Below are positions 53,071 to 62,882 of a stretch of 64,000 nt of DNA, piece by piece. The stretch covers positions 2,728,001 to 2,792,000 of the forward strand of contig OX337238.1 in NCBI GenBank assembly GCA_946965045.2, in the 5' to 3' direction. Positions within the stretch are counted from its first letter, which is position 1; each line of letters opens with the position of its first letter. Source of the stretch: Epithemia pelagica. Lineage: Eukaryota; Protista; Bacillariophyta. The notes under the pieces were generated by a model. The model was not told the DNA's origin and searched no databases. It worked only from the letters and a program-made list of their open reading frames with translations. The translations under genes and the position numbers were made by a program.

Positions 53071-55779
53071 TTAGTGGAGAAGAGAAGGTTCCGAGCCTTG
53101 GTATTCCCAAACTCCTTGCGACTCTACTTGCAACAAGTGTTGTTGCAAATGGTCCTGTTGGTGAGCCTTATTATTGTTCCACAACACAGGGATGGAGGAA
53201 TGCATTGGTACGAGCACAACCATCCGCCCACGATTCCTGTGCTGCCAGTTTCTCCAGGACCAAACGTTGGTCCCCGAAACCGTCCCAACAACAACAACAA
53301 GACAAAGTAACATGACCAGCACGGCTGATATCCATTGCGAATTTCTCTCGAGACTGGCGTCGTCGTTGAGAATGGACCGACGGACCGCATCACGATGATG
53401 ACGACGACAAGAATCCAGCCATGCTCGGCCTGTTCTTTGGTAGAGAATCCTCCACATGGTCCAAACTTCATACGACAGGCACTGGCAAATTGTCACATAA
53501 AATCCATGCCTCAATTCGTGTTTGATCCAGAGACGAATCGTGATATAACAATAGTCGTACCATGCCAACTCCTTCATGCCAATTGGTGCTTCTGGAATAT
53601 GACACTTTACTTTCTCCTCGTCCTCGTTGCGGATGCAATTTTGGGAGAGACAGTGGTTCAACACGCAGTGCATGTCGTTGGTGTTTTGACAGAGTTGATT
53701 GACACGACGTGTCTGTTCCAAAATCTCCTGGTGAAACCGCGATTCCAAAGAATGAGCCTCCGAAACGTCGTCATGGAGGTCATTCTTGGCTTGTATTCGT
53801 GAAACTGTCGATCCAGCACCGCTCTTCATGGTTGGAACGGGGGGTTCCTTCCAGAATGACAGTAACGTCCCATTTGCTCTTTGGTCCTCCACGACCTTTG
53901 CCACATCTTGTTCCAGATCCACGTCCCAGGAGGAAGAGTGTGTCCTGTCCCCGGTATCCGACGACGACAACTCGAGAGACGGAGGAGACTCCAAGACCAT
54001 GCATTCTTCTTCTTCATCCGAATCGAAGACAATGCATTCTTCTTCTTCATCCGAATCAAAAACAATGCACTCTTCCTCATCACTAGTATCTTTTGCGTTC
54101 TGTTTGTTCCTGTTTGGGTGACAAGGTGACGCTGCTGCCAAAGAAGAATGCGGATTCCAGACATTTGTCATCAACAATAAGGGCGTTCCCACAGGATCAT
54201 CCTCATCGTGAGCATCAGAAGCAGCATGCTTTCCAAAATGACGACAAGTATGGTGGTCCCCAAACGGAGGATTCGACTCTCCTAGCATCCGGCGTGACAG
54301 GGACGAACCGGTAGTATTCGAATCGTCGTCCTTGAGGATCCGGGTCGGAGACAACACTGGCACGGACGTTTGTGCGGCATGTCTCGTGCAATCGTCACCA
54401 CTAGTGTCGCTACTATCGCTGCAAGTCCACCGAATGAATTGAGGGGCCGCCAACAAGGACGAGGAGGAGGATGAGGATGAAGACGATGATGAATACGAAT
54501 CCAATCGTTGGTGGTTTCGGGTGACGGACGACACGACGGTTGTACCGGTAGCACTGTTGGGGACGATCGTGGGTGTCACGTATTTGTCGTGGTCGCCGTT
54601 GTTGTTGTTGTTGCTGTTGTTGTTGTTGTTGTTGGTGGTGGTGTGTGGAGGGTAGTCGTCTTGCAGTTGTGGTTGTAGTATGTTAGATTCCTCATCGTGG
54701 CCACCTGTATTCGGCGCATGGTCCGAATGTTGGTCGTTGTCCTCTCGAACCAAATCCATCACCTCGGGTGGTGGTAATACGTTATTGTTGTCGACTCTTG
54801 TTGCGGGTGACACGATCACCTTTCGTAGTAATTTGTCCTGGTTGATGGAGAAGAAAGGACATGCCGGGGCATTGCAATCAGTGGTTTCGAGCCCTCCGCT
54901 CATCAAGTCCAAGGCTCGTGCTTGGTCTTGTTTCGTACATCGACACAACCGATCGACCTGGATTTGTTGTTGACGTGCCGTAATGCTTCTTTTTGTGGTG
55001 GTGGTTGGTGTCGTGGACCTATTTTTGCTTCTCGTAAGAGTTCTTGGTTTTGTGATGGTTGTGGGAGTTTTGATGATGGGAGCATCTCCTCCTGCCTCCT
55101 GGACGATGGCCAATGATAGAGATCCTGGAGGATCCAGGCATGGTGGTACGAACGACTTGTCGTGGTGATTGTTGGTGGATTCCGTACCAGAAGAAGAACA
55201 AGAAGTATCTGCGAGCCACGAAGAACAAACAGAGGAAGAAGAGCCACAAAAAGAATCCTCCTCCTCATACTGCTCCACCCATGGTGATGGTGTTCTGGTT
55301 GCGTCATTGTTCGGATCTGGATCCTCTGGCTGCTCTTGTTGTGGTGGTGATTGTTCTTGTTCTTGTTGTGAACTGAAAGAGGAGGAGCAGGACCACCACC
55401 GCCCATGACACACATTGCAACAAACACCACCAGCGTTCCCACCCAAAGAGCCGTGTGGATGGAAAGCTTGCCGACGACGTCGTCGTCTTTTGTGTTTGTT
55501 GTTGGGAGTACTATTGCTGCTCCTCCAAATCAATTGGACACGTCGTCGACGAGGACGACGCATGGCAGATGACTGGCAAAAACGACAACAACAACACCGA
55601 CAACACTGATCCTCGTCCGGTGGTTGCCATTGGTTGTTTCCTGATAATGTTTGTTGTTGTTGCTGTTCGAGCATGACGACACTTTGGGTCCAGGCCTGCC
55701 ACAAGTTGTAAAAGGCGACATCCTCATCCTGATTGGGCTCCACCACTGCCTCGGCAGAACCCTGCGAGGAGCATGTCAT
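53071..55779 (-). CDS. Low-complexity protein X5 (~902 aa), alpha type, intact
   Basis: Single ORF, collinear with X1; the indels seen are frame-preserving. Confidence 0.8.
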   Translation of the reverse strand: MTCSSQGSAEAVVEPNQDEDVAFYNLWQAWTQSVVMLEQQQQQTLSGNNQWQPPDEDQCCRCCCCRFCQSSAMRRPRRRRVQLIWRSSNSTPNNKHKRRRRRRQAFHPHGSLGGNAGGVCCNVCHGRWWSCSSSFSSQQEQEQSPPQQEQPEDPDPNNDATRTPSPWVEQYEEEDSFCGSSSSVCSSWLADTSCSSSGTESTNNHHDKSFVPPCLDPPGSLSLAIVQEAGGDAPIIKTPTTITKPRTLTRSKNRSTTPTTTTKRSITARQQQIQVDRLCRCTKQDQARALDLMSGGLETTDCNAPACPFFSINQDKLLRKVIVSPATRVDNNNVLPPPEVMDLVREDNDQHSDHAPNTGGHDEESNILQPQLQDDYPPHTTTNNNNNNSNNNNNGDHDKYVTPTIVPNSATGTTVVSSVTRNHQRLDSYSSSSSSSSSSSSLLAAPQFIRWTCSDSSDTSGDDCTRHAAQTSVPVLSPTRILKDDDSNTTGSSLSRRMLGESNPPFGDHHTCRHFGKHAASDAHDEDDPVGTPLLLMTNVWNPHSSLAAASPCHPNRNKQNAKDTSDEEECIVFDSDEEEECIVFDSDEEEECMVLESPPSLELSSSDTGDRTHSSSWDVDLEQDVAKVVEDQRANGTLLSFWKEPPVPTMKSGAGSTVSRIQAKNDLHDDVSEAHSLESRFHQEILEQTRRVNQLCQNTNDMHCVLNHCLSQNCIRNEDEEKVKCHIPEAPIGMKELAWYDYCYITIRLWIKHELRHGFYVTICQCLSYEVWTMWRILYQRTGRAWLDSCRRHHRDAVRRSILNDDASLERNSQWISAVLVMLLCLVVVVGTVSGTNVWSWRNWQHRNRGRMVVLVPMHSSIPVLWNNNKAHQQDHLQQHLLQVESQGVWEYQGSEPSLLH

Positions 55780-57188
55780 GGTAGATTCAACACATACACC
55801 AACAGAGAAATGATGAGGATGCGCGTGTTGGAAGACCCTTGCCTTTGTACAGTCGGAATCACAGTCGTACACTCCCTCTTATACAGTTTCTCGTCTATGG
55901 ATCGGTCCATCTCCATCTCATCATCATCGGTTGGCATCCGAGTCCCAGAAGTACTTTCGCGACCATACTTTGTAGCACCTTATACCTATCCATCCGATCC
56001 CGTCTCAGACGCCCGCGACTCCATACACCCAACAAAGAATCCCCATCGCGCGCGCATCTCATCGAGATCCTGTTTGGCAGAATCACCATGACGACCTATA
56101 CAACGACAAGGACAAAACGACGGCCAACACACATTCGCACGGTTCTGTCAAGAATGATGATAATGATGATGATCGAGTGACGGTGTCATTCTTCCAGACA
56201 CACTCACTCGGTGTATCCTTCACAGTGTACTAGAACGACCGATGATGAGGCTATAATGATTGATATCGAGACCAAACAACAGAAAGAAGAAGACTCTTGA
56301 TTGAAGCGTTTAATGCTTAATTGTGATGGTCTTCATCATCATCATCACACCGAAAGAGAACAAAAAAGTCTCTCACTTTTTCTCCGACCCTATAGAGTGC
56401 AATCCAATGTGGAAGAAGAAGAAACCAACAGAGGACCCAGCAATTGGCCTGAGATAGATCATTGGTGGAAACGCACGAGATGCTTTGTTGTGATGGTCTT
56501 CAAGATTGGAGAAAGAGTCCTGGTCCCTTTACTATGGGTATTTGCCCTGTGGTATTTGCACCGGATGCATTTATTATTGTTCTTATTGCTTCCCCACGTA
56601 CGGTGGATGATTTTCCTATCGTGGGTGCCAATTTCAATTGATCTCGATAGAATGGCTTCTAGCATTGTTGCATCTTCTTCGCGTTTGCCGGTTTGGGACA
56701 ATCATGTTTGATCGATGATTGGATTGGAACCTATGAATTTGGTCCGCTTCGTTTTGCATGGACGATGAACTAGCGCTTGACTGCGATCCTGATGTATTGT
56801 GCAAAACAGCCAGAAGGAATTTGAAAAGGGCCTCAAGACTGCAACGGACAAGTACTGCCATATACAGTGGCAAAGGGGTTCCAAGAAAGTGGAATCTCTG
56901 GATTTGTGCGGGGGTGGCTTTGTGGTGGATGGTTTTAGACCCGTTTATCTGTCCAAGATCATCCATCAAAGAAGGATGGTTTTGAACCCGTTCATCTGTC
57001 CAATGCCATCCCTCCGATGAAGGATACCATGATTGAAATCGCCATCGTTGAGGTGCGTCCGTCGCAGCTGCCGTCTTTCGTTCCGGTTTTGGTGTAAAAG
57101 GTCCAGATCTCGTTCGGAGTTCATTTTCGTATTTTTTGAGGAGCAAGAAGGTCCATTCCTTGCTGTTGTCATGAAATCTCAAAGTATC

Positions 57189-58358
57189 ATGACGCCAACA
57201 CTGAAACAGCAAGCAAAACAATCCGGGCTTTGCTTTCTGGACATCGACAATTATAGTGAGGCGCCGCAATGGAATACCAATGACTGGCCTCCCGTTTTAG
57301 GTGGTGGGCGTTGGTCGCATGCATCGGTTGTGCTCAACCATCCCGAACAGGATAACAATGCACACACGGTTGTTGTTTTGGGAGGGCACAAACAAGATCA
57401 AGGCTACACCAACTCAGTGTTGTTGTTGAGTTTGTCAGATGAAAACACGCGATGGCAGGAAGGACCGCCGTTGAACAACAAACGAGCCGATCATTCTGCG
57501 GTGGTTTGTCGCGGAGGAGTTTACGTGATAGGAGGACACAATGGAAGTTCACTCTTTTATAGTATCGAACGGATTGATGTTCAAAAGTTGTGTTCAGGGG
57601 CAGCGGTACGCACCACGAGCAACCAATGGACAACCTTGAATTGTCGATTGTCCACGGCAAGAGATGGATGTTCCGCTGTTGCCGTGCACAATCGCTATAT
57701 TGTTGTGATTGGTGGATACAACGGAAACTATTTGTCGACGGTTGATATAATCGATACAGTTGTGCCAAGCAACCACACTGTGATTGTGGGACCACCCATG
57801 GCAGTTCCTCGGTGTTGTTGTGCTAGTGCTGTCATTGGTCATCGCATTTTTGCTGTTGGAGGCCACAATGGAACAGATATCAAGCCGGTTGAGTATTTGG
57901 AAATGGATGATCCTTCCGGCAATGAGACAATGAACACAGCAAGTGCAGTGTTTCCATCCTCGTGCCGTTGGACAGTTCATGGCAAACTCAATCTTTCCAT
58001 GCGACGGAATCATCATGCAGTTGTAGCTGTTGGATCATGTCTGATTGTGATGGGAGGTTCCTTAGCAGCGGACACTGTTGAAGTGTTGGATACTCGCCGC
58101 AACACTGTATGGACCTTTCCCCAATTATCAGGGCCGCGTTGTATCTCCAGGAGTGCTGTGGTTCACTCGAGGGGAATTGCTGTGATTAGTGGACATGACA
58201 ATACTTTTTGTGCGACACTGTCATTGGTTGACAAGAATACGTGGTGTTTTCGTCGACTAACGGAGCAGGTGCCAAGTATAATCTTTGGGACAAGAACAAA
58301 CTCACTTCGATCTGCTCCCGAACCTGCCACAGTATTGAAGTTCTCCTTAGCGTTCTAA
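57189..58358 (+). CDS. Kelch-repeat protein K9 (recent duplicate of K3), 389 aa
   Basis: Differs from K3 at Q>H, S>F and M>K. Confidence 0.9.
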   Translation: MTPTLKQQAKQSGLCFLDIDNYSEAPQWNTNDWPPVLGGGRWSHASVVLNHPEQDNNAHTVVVLGGHKQDQGYTNSVLLLSLSDENTRWQEGPPLNNKRADHSAVVCRGGVYVIGGHNGSSLFYSIERIDVQKLCSGAAVRTTSNQWTTLNCRLSTARDGCSAVAVHNRYIVVIGGYNGNYLSTVDIIDTVVPSNHTVIVGPPMAVPRCCCASAVIGHRIFAVGGHNGTDIKPVEYLEMDDPSGNETMNTASAVFPSSCRWTVHGKLNLSMRRNHHAVVAVGSCLIVMGGSLAADTVEVLDTRRNTVWTFPQLSGPRCISRSAVVHSRGIAVISGHDNTFCATLSLVDKNTWCFRRLTEQVPSIIFGTRTNSLRSAPEPATVLKFSLAF

Positions 58359-58973
58359 GAAGAAGTTATCAACTGGCAAAACAGAGACTTAGAAGTGTTA
58401 ATTGAGAAATATAAATACGGGGAGTAAAACTCAATCATTTACAAACAGTCGATCCTCCAGACACTCACTCGGTGAATCCTTCACAGTTCAGCACTATCCA
58501 ACCGGGACGAATGATTTTTGCAAGAGGAATGATTCCTTTTTTGGGAGGATGATACCAGCCTTGGAACTCTCATCCTGTCGTCGTATTTTACACTGATAGA
58601 TCCCCAGAACAACCGCAACAACCACCAGGATGACACTGCTGCTGCCAAGCGGCGAATGAGAAGCCTTTCATGCTTTATTGTGCGACAACCATCTATGATC
58701 AGCTTCCCTCGAAATGGGATTGTCAGCGTTCGGGGAATCTCTGGTTTTGAGCCGGGGTCGATTTTTTGTTTTTCGTGGATGGTTTTGGACCCGATCATCT
58801 GTGCAATTCAGAATGATTGAAATCGCTGCCGTAGAGGTTCGTCCGTTGTTGCTGCCGTCTTTCGTCCCGGTTTTGGTGTGAAAGGTCCATAAGTCCATTT
58901 TCATAATTTATTGAGGAGAAAGCACACAAAAAGACGAAGCTCTGAGGTCAATTCCTTTGTGTTGGCAAGCACC

Positions 58974-60206
58974 ATGACGATGACACTGCAACAGCAAGCA
59001 AAACAATCTGGGCTTGCCTTTCTGGACAGTGACAATAACAGTAACGAGCCACATTGGAATACCAATGACTGGCCTCCCCTTTTAGATGGGTGGCGTAGGC
59101 ACCATGATGCAGTCGTGCTCGACCATCCCGAAAAAGACATTGCACAGACGGTTGTAGTTTTTGGAGGATACAAACAAGGTCAAGGCTACACCAACTCAGT
59201 GTTGTTGTTGAGTTTGTCAGATGAAAAAAAGCAATGGCGGGAAGGACCGCCGTTAAACAACAACCGAGCCTATCATGCCGCGGTGATTTGTAGCGGAGGA
59301 GTTTACGTGATCGGAGGATACAACGGAATTTCACGATTGGATACTATCGAACGCATTGATGTTGACAATTTGTGTTCCGGGGCAGCGTTACGCACCACCA
59401 GCAACCAATGGACAACTGTGACTTGTCGATTGTCTACGGCGAGAGATGAATGTTCGGCTGTTGCCTTGCACAATCGTTATATTGTTGTGATTGGTGGATC
59501 CAACGGAAACTTATTGTCGTCGGTTGATATAATCGATACAGCTATCGCAAGCAACCACGCTGTTATTGCAGGGCCATCGATGACAGTACCTCGATCTGGT
59601 TGTGCAAGTGCTGTCATTGGTCATCGCATTTTTGTTGTTGGAGGCTACAGTGGGCACAATCGAGAAGGTCTCAAATCAGTGGAGTACTTGGAGATTCATG
59701 ATCCTTCAGGCAATGAGACACTGAACACAGCAAGTGCAGTGTTTCCATCCTCATGCCGTTGGACACTTCATGGCAAACTCAATCTTTCCATCCGACGGCG
59801 TGATCATGCAGTTGTAGCTGTTGGATCATGTCTGATTGTTGCGGGAGGTTTCTCCACCCTGGACACTGTTGAAGTCTTGGATACTCAACGAAACACTGTC
59901 TGGAACGGCCCCCAATTAACCAATCCCCTACGTTTTGGTTGTAGTGCTGTGGTTCACTCGAAGGGAATCGCTTTGATTGGTGGAAGGCATAATGCTTCTT
60001 GTGCGACACTCTCCTTGGTTGACAAGAATACGCGGTGTTTTCGTCGACTCATTGAGCAGGTGCCGTTTGTAATCTTTGGGACAAGAACAAACTTACTGCC
60101 AACTGCTCCGAAACGCACTACATCATGGAAGGAGTCTGATGAGTGCCCTAAGAAGAAGCTATCAGCTGGGAAACCAGAGACGAAGACAGTGTCAATTGAG
60201 GCGTAA
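58974..60206 (+). CDS. Kelch-repeat protein K10 (recent duplicate of K4), 410 aa
   Basis: Differs from K4 at five residues. Confidence 0.92.
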   Translation: MTMTLQQQAKQSGLAFLDSDNNSNEPHWNTNDWPPLLDGWRRHHDAVVLDHPEKDIAQTVVVFGGYKQGQGYTNSVLLLSLSDEKKQWREGPPLNNNRAYHAAVICSGGVYVIGGYNGISRLDTIERIDVDNLCSGAALRTTSNQWTTVTCRLSTARDECSAVALHNRYIVVIGGSNGNLLSSVDIIDTAIASNHAVIAGPSMTVPRSGCASAVIGHRIFVVGGYSGHNREGLKSVEYLEIHDPSGNETLNTASAVFPSSCRWTLHGKLNLSIRRRDHAVVAVGSCLIVAGGFSTLDTVEVLDTQRNTVWNGPQLTNPLRFGCSAVVHSKGIALIGGRHNASCATLSLVDKNTRCFRRLIEQVPFVIFGTRTNLLPTAPKRTTSWKESDECPKKKLSAGKPETKTVSIEA

Positions 60207-60501
60207 AAATACCAGGAGTAAGACGCAGTCATGAGATCATGAGAATGAGTACTGCGATTCGAAGTGCCTGCTGTTCTTGCTGAGAACAAGATGCGTTAAC
60301 AAACATGCTAGGAGTGTACGTTGTGTAACACAAACGAACAACAGCAAACATATAATAAGAAATCACCTCAAGTAATCACTTTCTGTAGTTGGTACGATCT
60401 TTTGTAACACAAGAAACGACCCATGCGGGCTGGTTATAGCACAAGCGAACGAAAAAAGTCGGTCTGGTCTTGGAAAGAGCACGCTCCAAATGGTGCACAA
60501 A

Positions 60502-62654
60502 TCAAACTGTCACATAAAATTCATGCGACACTTGGTGTTTGATCCAGAGACGAATCGTGACATCACAATAGTCGTACCATGCCAAATCCTTCATGACAAT
60601 GGGTGCTTCTGGAACATGACACCTTTCTTTGTCCTCGTCCTCGTTACGGATGCAACTTTCGGAGAGACAATGGTGCAAACAGCATTGTATGTGGTTGATA
60701 TTCTGACAGAGTTGATCGACACGACGTGTCTGTTCCATAATCTCCTGGTGAAACCACGATTCCAAAGAATGAGGCTCCGAAACGTCGTCCTGGAGGTACT
60801 CATTGGCGTGTATTCGTGAAACTGTCGATCCAGCACCGCTCTTCATGGTTGGAACGGGGGATTCCTTCCTTCCATTTGGACTTTGGTCCTCCACCACGAC
60901 CTTTGAAACGTCTTGTTGTTCCAGATCCACGTCCCAGGACGTGGAGTGTGTCGTGTCTCCGGCATCGGACGACGACAAGACAAGGGACGGGGGAGACTCC
61001 CAGTCCATGCATTCTTCTTCATCTCGATCCGAATCAAAGACAATACATTCTTCTTCATCACGATCCGAATCAAAGACAATGCACTCTTCCTCCTCGTCAT
61101 TATCTTTTGCAGTGTGGTTATTGTTCCTGTTTGGGTGACATGGGGACACTGCCAAAGAAGAATGCGGATTCCAGACATTGGTCATCCAAAATAAGGGCGT
61201 TCCCACAGGATCATTGTCCTCATCATGAGGATCAGCAGCAGCATTCTTTCCACGACCAAAGATGTGGTTGTCCCCCAACAGAGGAGCTGACTGAGGTCGT
61301 AGCAGCCGGCGTGGCAGGAGCGAGCCGGTAGTATTCGAATCGTTGTTCTCCTTCTTATGAATCTGGGCCAGAAAAGACGAATACGGCACGGACGCTTGTG
61401 TAACATGCCTCGTACAATCGTCACCACTCGTGTCGCTACTGTCGCTGCTGTTGCAAGTCCAGCAAATGGATTCGGGGGCCGCCTCTGCTGTTGCAAGTCC
61501 AGCAAATGGATTCGGGGGCCGCCACCAAGGAGGAGGATGACGATGAGGAGGACAACGACGACAATGAGGATGAATTCGAATCCAATCGTTGATGGTTTCG
61601 AGTGATGGACGACGACAACACGGTTGTACTGTTGTCGTTGATGTTGTTGTTTTGAGCGTCGTCGTCTTGCAGTTGTGGCTGTACAATGTTAGATTCCCCA
61701 TCGTGACCACCTGTATATGGCGCATGGTCCAAATGTTGGTCGTCGTTGCCATCTCGAACCGAATTCACCTCGGTTGGTAGTGGTGATAGTGCGTTGTTGT
61801 AGTTCTTGTTCTTGTCGACTTTGGGAGGATCGTGTGGTGGTGTCTCTTGTAGTTTGTCCTGAATGTTTGGTATTAAGAAAGGAGATGCAGAGGCATTTCA
61901 ATGGGTGGTGGTTTCCCCCAACTCTCCTCCTCTCATCATCATCATCATCATCCAGTGCAAGGCCTTGTCTTGTTCTTGTTTTGTCATTCGACACAACCGA
62001 TCAATCTGGACTTGCTGCTGGCGTACCGTCATGCTTGTTGTTGTTGTTGTTGGAGTGTCGGTGGGAGCATCTCCTCCTCCTCTTTCGTCATGGACGATTG
62101 CCAAGGATGAAGATCCAACACATGGATCCAGGCCGGGTGGTTGGCAATTCTCCTGCTGCTGATGGAGTACAAACGAGTTGTTGCTGTCGGTGGATTCCGT
62201 TCCAGAACAAGTAGTGTCTACATGCCACAAAGAACAAGAGGAAGAAGAACCACAAGAAGAATCCTCCTCATACTGCTCCACCCCTGGCGGTGGTGTTCTG
62301 GTTGCGTCAGTGTTCGGATCTGGATCCTCTGGCTGCTCTTGTTGTGGTGGTGATTGTTGTTGTTCTTGTTGTGAACTGGAAGAGGAGGAGCAGGACCACC
62401 ACCGCCCATGACACACATTGCAAAAAACACCACCAGCGTTCTCACCCAAAGAGCCGTGTGGAAGGAAAGCTTGCCGACGACGTCGTCGTCTCGAGTGTTT
62501 GTTGTTGGGAGTGATGCTGTGGCTGCTGCTCCTCCAAATCAATTGGACACGTCGTCGACGAGGGCGAGGACGAATGGCAGATGATTGGTAACGACCACCA
62601 CGACAACAACTCCGACAACACTGATCCTTGCCATTGGTTGTTTCGTGATAATGT

Positions 62655-62707
<53 letters not shown>

Positions 62708-62819
62708 CGAGCATGACGACACTGTGGGTCCAGGCCTGCCACAAGTTGTAAAAGGCGACATCCTCATCCTGATTGGGCTCCACCACTGCCTCGGCAGAAC
62801 CCTGCGAGGTGCATGTCAT
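60502..62819 (-). pseudogene. X6: X2/X5 chimera with an 11-nt deletion, a 40-nt tandem duplication, the shared TGA and an expanded (CAA)17 tract
   Basis: Deletion at ~62627 (GATCCT|TGCC); 40-nt duplication at 61445-61524; TGA at 61898; polyQ tract at ~62655-62707. Confidence 0.82.
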
Positions 62820-62882
62820 GGTAGATTCAACACATACACCAACAGAGAAATGATGAGGATGCGCGTGTTGGGTGGAAGGAAC

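Larger units (their letters stand above)
51515..62880. repeat. ~11.4-kb segmental duplication of ~23650-35400 (adhE 3' part, Y, X, K, K, X); offset ~27.3 kb
   Basis: K3/K9 offset is 27262 and K4/K10 offset is 27263. Y, X1/X5 and X2/X6 are collinear and near-identical. Confidence 0.93.

Noticed and set aside
47900-62640. Microhomology-mediated end joining as the cause of the many deletions
   Set aside because: The junctions I checked (K7, X6) share only 1-2 nt, which is expected by chance.
25636-62880. Interpreting the repeated units as a CRISPR array or LTR retrotransposons
   Set aside because: The units are multi-kb gene cassettes. There is no short repeat-spacer periodicity, no LTR pair, and no gag, RT or integrase motif.
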